A stretch of 64,000 bases of DNA from Cycas panzhihuaensis (GCA_023213395.1 CM041465.1:205227741-205291740), one strand, 5' to 3'. Positions 1 through 14,125 are shown, counted from the first letter of the stretch. Notes: generated from the sequence alone by a model not told the origin. Numbers and translations are program-made.

Positions 1-1354
1 GTAACTCTACTCTACTAACTTCTATCTCTGCTAATGGGCTTTGAATGACAAACCACTTTCATGATGTTATCTTTACATGTGTCTTGTATATGGGGATTCA
101 TTTCATAACATGTGGCATATAATATTTATTTTTTTATTTAATTATACATATATATTTTTAAATACCCTTTCATTATTTTCATCCTACTAAATAAGTTACA
201 AAAGAGAGTTCTTTCAATATTAGATTTGAAGGGTTAATACAATCATAATAAACTTTTCTAGCTGTCCAAATTTTTTTCTTTCATGTTTTATAAATGTAAA
301 TATTTTTTTCAAACCCTTCAAGGATTGTACAGGTAGAAGCAATTAAAAAAAGTGATATTTTTCTTTAGTAAGCTTCATCATTTTTACTTCTCTTCTTTGT
401 TACTTACTTTTCTCTTCACTTGTAAATAGATTTTTCATCAACATGGAGTCATTTTTTAACCCTGTGGATGGTAAAAAATGCTTCTTCAATTATTGTACAT
501 GACTCCTCTATAATTTACCCAGTACCATGTAAAGGGTATACTATACATCAACTAAATGTGCTTAAATCTTTAGCTTCAAACACATATTTATAACCTTTAA
601 CAACAAAACTTGCATGCTAAAAATTGGGTTGGCATGTACTAATAATTAGATCATAAGTAAAAAAAAAACTCTTATTTTTGCCATTAATTTATCTTACATA
701 TAGCCTCAAAAATTAGGAATAAATCAACCTCAAATATATCAAAATATGACAGTCAATTAGCCCCTAAATACTCAATAAGCTTGTAATAAAATAACCCTTT
801 AGAAAATTATCTTTGTGCTTATGGAAATGATCCCAAGTATCTTTAAAAGTAGTATTATGATAGGTCAAAATAGGCATTAATAATGGTTCCAATAATATGA
901 CAAATCTATAATAAAAATAGCTTTGAAAATAACAAATAATAGGCTTAAAATTTATTCTCCCAAGGATCTCTCCATTAGTTATGATACCATATATTAGAAA
1001 TAAATTTGTGGATAAATAAGAGATCAAAGAAGGATAGGAATGAAATCAACAAAGATGAAATATAAACATAAGAAAGAACATAAAATTGGTAGAAGAATGA
1101 TTACCCTTCAAAAAATTAAGTTGAATGTATATACATATTTATAAGACCACTTGACCTCTTGTCCAACCAATAGAGTGCATAACCCCTATGTCCACCAATG
1201 GGATAATACATGGATATTTAAGCATAGACATGCATCTTAAAATACTCATAATATTATATTGAGAGAGTGGGGGGACTCAACTTGGCTCATACATAGCTAT
1301 AATATATAATTAGACATTACACCCAATAAGTAAGACATACCTTATTCTATATTT

Positions 1355-2349
<995 letters not shown>

Positions 2350-3722
2350 CTTGCTACAATCCTAGGCAATAAGTTAATTTATAGTCTATAGTTTTACAAT
2401 TAGATTATGGTTCTATTAGGTTGATTTTATTCATACTACAATGGCAAAATTGAACACTTTGACACTTTGTATAAGGACATAGGTAAGTATAATATAGAAT
2501 GATCTCTGTACTAGTGATTTAAGTGATGATTTGGTAGTGTAATATGTAGTATGCTTTGTATCTTTATTAATTAAATTAAAGCCTTTAGAGACCAAGAGTT
2601 TTCTAATGGAAACCCACTTCCCTTTTTTTTTCCTTTATCATATGAGCCATTAATCAAATGGGTGAAAGAAGATCAAATGAAAGACTTTTGGTAGATGGCC
2701 CTTATTGTCCATGCATGACATGAATCCCATAGTGATAAGAACATTTAATATGGCCTTTAAAGGGAAAGTATTAACTATAGTATAGGGAAAGGTGCTATTG
2801 GAAAATAGAAAAATGAAGAAAGATAGAAGAGATAGATAATAATGGGACTAAAATCGGAATAAAATATCGATATGAATATAATAGTGTATATATGAATAGA
2901 ATACAACCAAGAATGAATACAAACAAAATTTAAAATTCAATATACAATATGTAGTAAAAATCAATAATGGATGATCAACTAAGTAACCTAATTGGTGTTC
3001 TAATACTAGTTCTAATGATCTGAAGAAGATTGGATAAGCCTAAGTGTTAAAAAGAGATCCAAAGAAACTCAAAAGGAAAATTAATTTGAAAAAGTAAAGC
3101 ACAATCCCCATGCTCTGCCTTTTTATAGGTTTCCATTAGTCAATTCAACTAAGTTGGCTAACTAATTAATTCAAAGTATGTTACAAGCTCATTTACTCAC
3201 TAATTTTAGTGAAACCCTAGAATTTTATATTATTTTAATTCATAAAAATGTTGAATGGTTGTGCACCTATTTTATAATAATGAATATAAGATTTTTTAAT
3301 AGGAAATAGAGGGGAGTTTTTTATGTCTATATGTTTCTAGCAATCACACTAGGGACATGAATTGTAGTATAGTCATTTGCCACTTTTTAAGCATTTTTAT
3401 CCACAGAAATATTATATTGGTGTTCTAAGCTTCCCCTAACCCTAGTAGATTTTTTATAATGAATTAAGGGCATATCATTCCTTCCTTCTTGAATACTTAA
3501 AGAGGTTATTTCCCTCTAAAATTTCTAGAATTATAACTTTACCTCTTTAAACTATTAACTATTCTAATTATTTCTATAATTATTTACTTATTTTTTATAA
3601 TCTTCCATTATTAATCAAATCTATTAGTAATCATAGCCACTCCCCTATCCAAATTTTGATGTCTCAATAATGTTGGGACTTCATTATTAATCATTCTAGT
3701 TGTCACACTAGAAATACTTTCT

Positions 3723-4100
3723 ATTCCCCCTAGTTTACCTAAATTTTATAGAAAGTATAATGAGGACCCTATAAAGCATGTTGATGTTTTTCTTAACATT
3801 GCATAGATTTGTGATAATGACATATAGATGTATCTTTTCCTAGATATTATTTTAGGTAATGTTAGCATATATTAATATTCCAAATTTTATTCAAAATTCA
3901 TTTCTACTACCAAACAACTATTAGGATGTTATTAATTTAAAAACAAACTCCTCATTAAATAATTAGTCAATGCATTGGAAAATTTTAAGAACTCATAAAT
4001 CATTCCACCATTCTCCTTAGGGATGCTACCCTTAAATAATAATTTCTTAATAGTCTTAGTGGCATCATGTATTTTTAACTCTTACATCAGAATATTCACA
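3723..4100 (+). pseudogene. gag: Degenerate Ty3/gypsy gag (retrotransposon Gag domain) of the basal element
   Basis: Frame from 3723 reads IPPSLPKFYRKYNEDPIKHVDVFLNIA*, matching the LPKF.G...EDP..H...F motif of gypsy Gag; many stops; 3' end approximate. Confidence 0.65.
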
Positions 4101-5401
4101 CTTATATTAAAATTGAATATAAGGAGCAGTAATATAAACATACCCTCATTTAGTCGAGTCTTGTATTTCTTTCTAAAGCTACTCCAATTCAAGCTCTTAC
4201 ACTTAGTAACTCACATAATAATTATTTCATAGCTAGTAATCTACCTCAGTTATTACATTATCAACTTATTCCACCCAATTAAATTACTTTATTCTGTTTA
4301 CTTATAGAGTTTAATATTTTAATCATCCAACTCAACTAACTCATCTAGGATTTGATGAATAAAAACAAGTTTCACAAAGCACCTTATTAAGGATGTTCCT
4401 CACTATCTTTCCCTTCAAAATCATCCTAATTATAACATGGTGTAGAGGAGCCTACCTCACCAAAATCAATGTAATAATTCTCCTCTTACACCTCAAATTA
4501 ATCAATCTTAATATTATAATACTTATTTGTGGTATAGGAAAACAAACCATTGAAAATATATTTATAGAGAGTGACTTTGGTATCCACATTATTAAATTGA
4601 AAATAATGATATGAACAAGAATTGTTACACCTTAGCCTAGATTCCACAAAATCAAAATCACAACCCTAATTAGGACTCAGAGATTTATGAACATCTATTT
4701 CTTGAGAATGACAAGTATCTTGTTCATTTAACTCATTTATCATCTCCTAATTCATTTATTTATAAGATGAAAATTATGACTCAAATATATGTCCTTTAAA
4801 ACTAACTAAGTTCTCTACAAGTTAGCCATCGACCTTCATACAATCCAATGTAAGTTATTGGTTCTCAATTTTCTATGCTTTCTTTAAATATATACAAGCC
4901 ACTTTTTATTCCACCTTAGATTACCTATTTTCTTGTTACATCTTTAATCCCTAACCTTTAAATAATATTCAAAATTTTGAACTAAGTGAATCTAGTAGGG
5001 TCACTAGGAAGAAGCCTACGATGGAGGTCTAGTTAGTTAAATCAACATCCTTGAACCTTTCTTATACATTTGGAGTTTAGCTATAAATACATAAGAAGAA
5101 AACTAATTCTTTTGAAGAATCAAAATATAGTAAACCATCACTTTTAGTCTCTAGCCCCTATATTTCTAGGGTTTTTAAATCCTTAACCTTGTAATTAGTT
5201 AGCGAACTTCATTTTCATATTGAGGATTTGAAGAGTACTTTTTTAGGTATGTTTATTTATAACATGTTAGAGCATTTCCATTTATAGAGGTTACATTATG
5301 TCTGATCACTTTGGATCTTATTATCTAGTCCTTACTCTTACACTATGGCTTTTAATCCTTTACTTTTGCTAGCAAATGTTATTTCATTATTTGACCTTTG
5401 A

Positions 5402-5760
5402 TTATTAGTTATCCAATTGATCATAAATAAAACCTTTGTCCACTAAGCCATTATTGATAATTGTTCATCACTAAATGTTATTCCTATTTTTCTCATGCAT
5501 GCTCTTTAACTTACAATTTCGATAAAAGTGTAACTATGATTAAAGCTTTTGATACTATTTAAAGACCCTTCATGGGTTGAATTATTAATCTTCCCATTAC
5601 ATTTTGGAGGTAAAACTATTGAAATCAATGGAAAATTTATCATTATGGTGCTTGATTATAATGCCCTACTTAGTCATAACTAGATTCAAGCCATGCTTGA
5701 TTTCCCATCCTCTCTTTTCAAAGAGGTTTAATTCTTAAAAGATAATAAGATTAATGTTGT
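5402..5760 (+). pseudogene. Degenerate aspartic protease of the basal Tat/Ogre-like gypsy element
   Basis: Translates LLVIQLIINKTFVH*AIIDNCSSLNVIP ... MIKAFD ... DYNALLSHN*IQAM.FPSSLF, the ID.GSS.NV and YN.LLGR.WI..M..PS.L motifs of Tat/Ogre proteases. Confidence 0.8.
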
Positions 5761-6542
5761 TAAAATTTTTAATTTTCAGTATAAGAGGACTATTAATGCT
5801 TTTGACTCACCTATAATTTCATTTGTTAGTATTTATCATGATTGATAGGATGAAACAAAAATTAGCATTTATGGTAAGATTCCCCCTTTCAAAGTAAAAA
5901 AATATACTTCTCATTATAAGGTGCTTACTTTTGATATGTATGCATATCCATCACCTCCTCAAACTTATCATTTGATGTTGGTTGACTTATAAGATTCAAA
6001 TACATTTGATATTATTTCACTATTTTATAATAATTTTTCTTATTAGATCTCTCCTTATCCCAACCTATAGTCTTTCTTTGTTAATTATTAAACCACCCTA
6101 TCTAGTTTAGGCTTAAACTCTAAATTGTCAACTTAATCCTTCAAAATTAATGAGTCTACATAGTTTGAGCCTACTCAATATTTTTAGAGATACTTCTAAT
6201 TCTCTTTAATCATAATGAAGAGGCACTTAGTCTACCTATTACTCTTATTCTATTTGATGACACCTCTTTTGAGGTTATTGAGCAAGTTATAACTTCATTA
6301 GATAATCCTTTAAATGATTCATTTAATTTTTCCTTTAGTTCTAATTCATTTTATAATGAATCAAATATCATGAATAGTTTATATTTTATTGAGTCTTTTA
6401 ATTCAATCTCACTGAATTGATATATGACTATTTCTACATATGAAATTCCCATATATTCTATTTTCATTTATTTACTTAAGCCAAATGTGGGATTAAATTT
6501 CATTATTGAGTTGTAAGATAACTCATCTTATTTGGGTCAATT

Positions 6543-7198
6543 TTTAATTAGCTTTCATGACTTATGTTAGTTGGTAAAAGCTAAAGACATTCGTCTCCTT
6601 CCTTATAATGGAACTCCTTATTCGAGTAGAGTTATGGTTAGGTTATCTTCCCAAACTAGATGCCCCTTTATGCTAAGTCACACCTTTATAGATGGCATTA
6701 TCTATGATAATTAAATTTGATAATTTCACACCTAGGTTTCCTTTAATTGATATTAAATGTTTAAAACCAAAAAAAGAAAAGCATGATAGAAAAAATTAAA
6801 ATATCCAACTCATGAAACTTAATACATTTCAAGTTGGTTGAGTCAAACTAATCTTGATTTATTTTTAAATGAGTTCTTTTAATATTAATAGTGCAAGTTT
6901 TATTTTCAATCATTTTATTTTTTAACAAATAGAGCTATGTACTTTGTTGCCAAAATTTACCACTTTAGAAGGTGATTTTATGTTATTTATAATAAAAATT
7001 ATAATAAAACATTACTTTTATTGAATTATTATTACTTTTATTGGAAATAGAGATTTGATAATTCATATAAATTTACCTATAACCTTTATTAATATATGTA
7101 TCATTTTCATTATTATAGGAGACCTCTTCAATGAAATTATGTATCCTTGACTTATTATATATCTATTTTATACCTTGTTGTAGGATTTTATCTCATTT
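6543..7198. repeat. Direct repeat copy 1 (~656 bp) flanking element A
   Basis: Colinear with 22253-22907 (tttaattagctttcatgacttatgttagttgg ... ttttatctcattt), differing mostly by transitions. Confidence 0.95.
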
Positions 7199-7203
7199 AA
7201 TCA

Positions 7204-7504
7204 TCAAATTTGATAATTTCACACCTAGGTTTCCTTTAATTTATATTAAATATTTAAAACCAAAAAAAAAAAAAAAAAACATGATAGAAAAAATCAAAAT
7301 ATCCAACTCATAAAACCTAATACATTTCAAGTTGGTTGAGTCAAACTAATCTTGATTTATTTTTAAATGAGTTCTTTTAATATTAATAGTGCAAGTTTTA
7401 TTTTCAATTATTTTATTTTTTAACAAATAGAGTTGTGTACTTTGTTGCCAAAATTTTGCCACTTTAGAAGGTGATTTTATGTCATTCAATAATAGAACTT
7501 ATAA
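7204..7504. repeat. Partial third copy (~300 bp) of the same repeat, abutting the left LTR of A
   Basis: tcaaatttgataatttcacacctagg ... gtcattcaataatagaacttataa matches 6711-~7003 and 22421-~22714. Confidence 0.92.
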
Positions 7505-7863
7505 ATCATATACAAATGTTCCCAATCACAAAATCTTTTACCATACATAACAATCAAATAAATATACACACAAAAAATAGATGCATAGTACACGAGATTT
7601 ATGTGGGAAAATCTTTTCAAGAAAAAACCCACCACAAAAGGATCCTTGATGGATCTCTTAGATTATTTCATAATGGATTAATACAATGATCTTAGATGTT
7701 GAATACATAAGGCCTTAAGGCATTTATATTCTCCCAAGACGTGTCACCTAATTAGAGTTATGACCGTCCAAATAAGTCGTATCTTTTGGCTTCACACCTT
7801 TTCACTTAATTAAACCACATTAATATTAACTAAGTGAATTAATAATTAACTGCCATATTAACA
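7494..7863 (-). repeat. 3' LTR of A (outer terminus eroded)
   Basis: Aligns to 21876-22250 from agaac.. onward; ends ..attaaca next to the PPT; terminal bases replaced by the duplicated flank. Confidence 0.9.
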
Positions 7864-7929
7864 TCCCCCCTTAATGTGAATGTGGGAAGCCTGCCAACTG
7901 CAATAGTTATGTATCATAAAGGTTGGGAC

Positions 7930-10556
7930 TATCTTACAACTTCTTTATCCTTATCGATACATCTCTCATTAAAGATAACATTGGTGAGTCCAAGTTTACT
8001 ACATATCTTCATGAATTAATCTTTAGTGAGAGGTTTGATGAACATGTTTGCAAGCTAAAATTCACTCAGATAATAGTCAACTTGTAGCTTCCTTAATTTC
8101 ATCTATTCATGAATATAATAGTGTTGAATCTCTATGTGCTTTGTACATGCATGAAACTCTAGATTCTTTGATAGACAAATGGTACTTTAGTTATCAACAA
8201 AGATAACTGGGTGTCCATTTGAGACTTTTAGAAACTCTAGGAGACATTACAACTATACGTCTTCCTTTGCACCTACACTGAGTTCTTGATAGTCAGCCTC
8301 TGTAGAAGAGAGCACCACTATCTACTACTTCTTCGATTACCATGAAATAAATCCATTACCAACTCCAAACATGTATCTAATAGTGGACTTCTGATTGTCA
8401 AAATCTCCTCTCCAATCAGTATCCATGTAGCCATGTAATTATATCTCTTCACCTTGATGGTATTCGAGACCAAGATTGATAGTCCTCTTCAAATACTTTA
8501 GAATTTGCTTCACTACATCCAAATGAGGTTCCTAAGGGTTCTACATGTAGTGGGAAACCAACCTAATAGTGTATGTAATATCAGGCCTGGTATGAGTTAA
8601 ATAGATTAGGCTCCCTACCAACTAGCGATACTTTATGCCATCTATAGAGGGCTTGGCCATATCCTTCTACAACTTAACGTCTTTTACATATGGTGTTGCA
8701 ACTAGTTTGCAATTCTACATTCCAAATTTCTCTAGAAAGTTCTTCACATATTAAGACTATAACAACACAATCCTATCATCCATCTACCTGACCTGAATGC
8801 CCAAGAAGTAATGAAGTCTTCCAAGGTTTGTCATGTCAAACAAAGCTCCCATATTAGATTTGACTTTAGTAATAACCTTGCCACAATTACCGCTGATGAC
8901 CAAATCATCCACATACACCACACAAGCTACTATTAAAGTCCCTTTTCTCTTCATATATAGATTTGGGTCAAGTTTAGAAATATCAAAACCTTCAGCTTTC
9001 AACTTCGTATCTATATTTTCATACTAAGCATGGGGTGCTTATTTCAAGCCATAGATTGACTTCTTCAAACAGCATACAAGATGATCCTGGACATCTATAA
9101 CGAATCCTAAAGGCTACGACATATAAATCTCCTCCTTTAGATCTCTATTAAGGAATGCAAACTTTACATCCATCTAATGTAACTCCCAACTATAAGCTAC
9201 TGCTAAGGAAATTAATAAATAGATCATTATCATTCTTGAGACTAGTGTAAATGACTCCTCATAGTCAATTCCTTCTTTTTACTTGAATCCTTGTATAACA
9301 AGTTTAGCCTTAAACTTGTCCACCTCTTCATCAGAGGAGAACTTTGACTTGTAGACCTGCTTGCATCCTACAAGATTCTTTGTTGGAGGTAGTGGGACTG
9401 AATCCTACATATCATTCTTTAGCAGAGAACTATACTCCTCCTCCATTGTAGCTCTCTATCTTGGATCTCCTTTTGCTTCATCGAACGAATTAGGATCACT
9501 GGAGTTATTGGTACTTACTAGTAGAGTTTGATTAGCATGCTGACTTTGTGTTCTTTGATCATCAGTTAAGGTTTACATTGCCACACATGAATTTTCTATA
9601 GTCTTTCTTGCTTATAAAGATATTGAAGGACTTGTTACTAGAGGTACTTCAACTCATAGTAGCTCCTCACTATTACATGTCCCACCTGATCCTACTTCCT
9701 CAGGTGTTTTAGTGACTAGCTCATTGTCCTCTTTGCTTGATGAATATGGGAATGGAAGAAGGGGGGGAGGGGCTAAAACAACTCCTTTGATGATTTATCA
9801 ACATGATATGTTGATGTCTTATCAAATTTGACATCTTGACTAACCACATTATTTTCCCCCTGTGGATCCCATAGTTTATAGGCTTTGTTATCTATGCAAT
9901 ACCCCATGAATATGCACTTTAGACTTTTTTCATCTAGTTTCTTTTGGGTATCATCTAGGATGTGGGCATACGTAATACACCCAAACATTCTTAAATGGCT
10001 AATGACAGGTTTATGACCAGTCCATTTCTCTTCAAGGGTCATGTTGTGAACTGCTTAAGTGGGTACCCGATTCAAAATATAAACAATAGTTTCCATAACT
10101 TCTGCTGAAAATTTTGGTGACAGGTTTTGAGTATGCACCCTACACCTCGCCATCTCTATTATGGTATGATTCTTTCTTTTAGTAACTATGTTCTGTTGTG
10201 GGGTATACAGGACCATAAATTCCCACTTTATACTATAATTATAGTAAAACTGATTGAATGCATTGTTGTCGTATTCCTTACCGTTATCACTTCTTAACAA
10301 CTTTATTTTCTTATCACATTCATTTTCAACCATCGCTTTCTAGTCATGAAAGTGATCAAACACATCTGACTTATTCTTGAGAAAGTAAACCTAGGCCTTC
10401 TTGGTATAGTCATCCATAAATACTAGGGCATAATGAGCTCTAAATATCGAAGAGTTAGGAATAGGGCCCATTAGGTCTGAATGTACAAGCTCCAACTTCT
10501 CCTTGGCTCTCTAAGCATTATCCCAAGCAAAAGAATAGTGGTGGTACTTGACATAC
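7930..10556 (-). pseudogene. pol: pol of A, 3' part (integrase core, RT, RNase H)
   Basis: ORF fragments 10055-10333 (INT), 9773-10042 (KCIFMGY), 8784-9002 (YVDD RT); frequent stops. Confidence 0.92.
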
Positions 10557-10561
10557 ATACA

Positions 10562-10929
10562 TGTTGGGAATAATCCCAATGTTCGTGCACCAGAGCGCTT
10601 AGGGCCCCTCAAAGCCGCTTTTGAGGGCCCCTAGGGCACCTTGAGCCATTCAACAGCCACCCTTAGGGCACCTTGAGCCGTTCAGCAGCCACCGAGACTG
10701 ACCACTCACATGAGGTACGTATCACCGTTATTTATTTTTAATATTTTTTCAAACTAACCTTAATTGTTGTGCAGCTAGGGTGATGGCGCCCGACGCCTCC
10801 CCGAATTCTCTATTTAAGGGTTGGGAATACCTCCATGGTGTTTATTAACATCGCCACTCTATTAGAAATTACCGTTGTACTCAAGATGAGAACGTCGTGA
10901 TGTCCTGCTCTGCTCCTCCGGCTCCATCA
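10562..10929 (+). repeat. 5' LTR of B (368 bp)
   Basis: By manual alignment about 16 substitutions (mostly transitions) and one 9-bp indel versus the 3' LTR; contains a ~32-bp internal tandem repeat (tagggcaccttgagccrttcarcagccac). Confidence 0.98.
10811..10817 (+). promoter_or_regulatory. Putative TATA box in LTR of B
   Basis: cTATTTAAggg in the 3' half of both LTRs, typical position for an LTR promoter; not otherwise validated. Confidence 0.5.
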
Positions 10930-10931
10930 TT

Positions 10932-10945
10932 TGGTATCAGAGCCA
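10932..10945 (+). promoter_or_regulatory. Primer binding site (initiator tRNA-Met) of B
   Basis: TGGTATCAGAGCCA two bases after LTR end, the canonical plant tRNAiMet PBS. Confidence 0.97.
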
Positions 10946-13735
10946 CGGTGATGCTATTGTCTATTTTCTGGTTTTAGTTGCTCAAATATCTTACGAAACA
11001 TATCTATATGACTGCTCATTGAGATTCTGGCGAGCTCACCTATCTGCTGGAGAAGACGGATCTGGATTCCATCCACTGTGAAGAAAGATCTCCCGCTCGG
11101 AAGTTTGCACTCAAACTAGGTTCTTCGTTTCCTTTTATTTTTCAAACATATAAATAAATAAATGTTTTGATATATGCATTTTACTCTATACTTTGATCTT
11201 CTGTACTGGATTATTAGCTATCTTCAGATCCATTGTTCAGTTTTCATATATTGACTCTGTCGTTATATTATTCATTATTTATATTTGTCATTATATATTC
11301 CTTGTTCTTCTTTGTTTGCCATCATTACTGCATTATTATTGGCCTGTGTTTCATACCTACTCCGTCTATCCATTCTCTGTGCCGTGCATACCTGTTTCCG
11401 TTTCCATATTTACATCTACTGACTTCGCTCCGTGTCAATCCTCTCTCCGTCTTGCCTATACGCCTCTACATAGCACTCTATACTGCTGCGTTTTCGGCGC
11501 TAAGCCTCGGGTTCATTATTGTGCCTCCGTTGATTTCATTGTTCGCCCTATTCAATCCTCCCACCTTGTGCATTTCAGCGCTAAGCCTCAGGTTCAGTAT
11601 TGTGTCCCCTGTTGATATCATTGGTATTTTGTGTTCGCCGCCTCGGGTTCTCCCGTTTGTCTCTGCGTCACCCTTTCGGCGCGCAGCCTCGGGCCAGACG
11701 CCCTTTCATTTCCGTTGTTTTTGAATCGCCGTTGCGTGTTCAAACAGTCCGTTCCGTTCTATTATTCATTGTGTTGATATCTCTACGTTCACCGTTCTTC
11801 GGTATTGTGCGTTGATCTCACAGTCCGTTCCATTGATTGTATTTGCCTCGGGGCTGCTATCGTTTCGCGTCTATATGCGATCGTATTTCATGTTGTATAT
11901 TCGCGTTTTACGTTGTGATACATTGGCATATTTGCGTTGTCGTTCATTCTTGATATTATATATATTTGCGTTGCTATTTATTATATGTTTGTGATTATAT
12001 TAATCATGTTATATTTCCGTTTATATACTTACTATTGCATTGTTATTATTTAGTTTTATTTATTATATGTTTTAAAATTCGGTTTTAAAAGGTTTACGTT
12101 CTGGTTTTTACTCGACGAGGGAGTTCACCTTCCTGGTATCGGAGGTTTTACATTGCTCGGGTTTTGGGTTCAATCCCGATTCACCCATCTTCAGACACTT
12201 TTTTAATAAGTGTTTTTCAATTTTAAACTTTATTTTTTTAAAATTTTATTTTTCTATAGAGTTATTGGCACTTTTATGGCCATAACTTCCCTCTGGCTCA
12301 TCGGTTTCAGATGAAACCTACGTCAATAGATCAAAATTTTTTCGTACACCGATTTCAACTGGTCATAAGACCAATTTGGTGCCCATTTGACTTTGTTTTG
12401 ACCATTTTAACATTCACTTTCAAAATTTCAGCAGTTTTTACATTTTTAACAAAATCAGTTTTAGAACTGGCTATCATTTATTTCTGGTAAATTATTTTGT
12501 GTCCAAATTTTCTCCATAGCGATCTACGTCATATAGACTTTAATACCCATATTTTACTTCAATTTTTTGAGTTCATATTCACTAATTTTTTAATCGTTGA
12601 AATAAGAAATTTAGTGGTTTTTGCCTATTTTTTAACATTCTTCATAAACACACTTGTTACATTTTTCACTATAACTTTTGCAATTTTTATCAGATTTCAA
12701 TTCCGTCAGCTTTGTTGGGAAGCCGACTCATTTCTCTTCATTGTGACATATTTTTCTATATATTTTGACACATTTTTCTTATATTTCAAATCAGTCAAAT
12801 TTGAGGTATCCTATTTGCTATAAATCTGCTGTTTTGTTACACCTTTTAATATGTTTTTCAAAATTTTTACTTGAAAGAACATTGAGTACTTCATAAACAA
12901 TATTTGATCCTTTGTTCAACTTTTTCTAAAAGTTAAATAGTACTTTTATGCAATTTTTGCCTACCCTACTCCTGTTAGGCTCCATAAGGAGGTCCATATC
13001 TTTGCATTATTTAAATTATGATTTATTGGTATCCATTTTCAAAACCGTTTATTTTATTGGATTCATATCTCATCAATCTACATATTGATAAAATTTTAAG
13101 CTATTTTGACATTATTCAATATAGTTTTCAATCTGTTAAAGTTGAGCATATACATATATCCTAACAAGGTTGTCTTCTTTCAAAATTTTTAAAGAAAACT
13201 CTAGTTCATATTTCATTGTTTACTTAAAGTTTCTGCTTGATATTTCTACAAGTATTTTACATTGTTTTGAACTAGCATTTATCTATAAGGTAATATATAT
13301 TTTTTTCTCAAAGAAAAGTTATTCTTACATAAAAAGGTTCTTTTACATTGAAGATTTATATTACTCATTTAAGAAATTGGCATCTTTTGAAAACTATTTA
13401 TTCTCAAAAGTTTATTTCAAGTCTTGCATAAGTGAAAAGTTTTAAGCATCATTACTTTCTTATTGATCATTATACTTTTGTATCAAAGTTGTTGAAAAAT
13501 ATCATCTTTCTTGCACTTATAAAACGAAAATTGCATTTCTTTTCAAAGGCATATTACATTTGTTTAAAGGACATTATTTAAAAAAAAAAAAAAAAAAAAA
13601 AGAGAGTTTTTTGTAAAAGTTTTCATTTCATCTTGCTTAGAGCATTTTTTTTATCAAAGGAATTTTTCTTTTTCTAAGCAAGACCACATTGCTAAATAGT
13701 TTAAGTTTCACATTAAATAAGATAATTCTGAATTG

Positions 13736-14125
13736 AACCACACATTTTTACCAGCCTTGCAAGGGGAACGGTTAGGACCCCTGAAGTTACCACCCTGCAC
13801 ACGCTAATCAGCCTACTCATATTGGATGAGGACAGCCATTAGCTATCAGGTGTATACGGTGGCAGGCTGAGGTGCAGAACCTTTTCATCTTATGGTGTTT
13901 GGAGACTAAGGCTAGACCTGGAGAGGGTGAGCGCCTTTGGTTCGAGAACCTTCACCGCTAGATCTGTCGTTAAGCATAAATCTGGCGCAGGTGGACCAAC
14001 AATTCAGGGGGGTGTCAAAGCCTTCTTAGCAGCCCACGTACTGAGGTATATAGAGCCTAGCGCTCCGTACTGATATAAAGGGTCCCTGTTTTGCCATCTG
14101 TGGGTAGGCGCCATTGACAGAATAG
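13736..14125 (+). other. Conserved GC-rich structured leader domain upstream of gag in B
   Basis: Nested complementary segments (see findings); homologous to 28955-29340 (-) in element C while the surrounding leader is poorly alignable. Confidence 0.75.

Noticed and set aside
1-1350. Possible decayed retroelement extra ORF on the minus strand (764-1027)
   Set aside because: Coding-like but no motif I can assign confidently.
2348-3600. 5' LTR of the basal gypsy element paired with ~50900-55100
   Set aside because: Both regions look LTR-like (TATA-like motifs), but I could not align them or find a convincing PBS or TSD.
11193-11994. Overlapping ORFs (140, 163, 71, 60 aa) in the leader of B as an extra gene or env-like protein
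   Set aside because: The A-poor strand suppresses stop codons in several frames at once; no recognisable domain; non-ATG starts.
13580-13601. Poly(A) run as a retroposed tail
   Set aside because: No upstream SINE/LINE or mRNA features and no flanking TSD; simple homopolymer within the leader.
13752-13869. Hammerhead ribozyme in the three-way junction
   Set aside because: Topology is superficially similar, but the CUGAnGA and GAAA core nucleotides are absent in both B and C.
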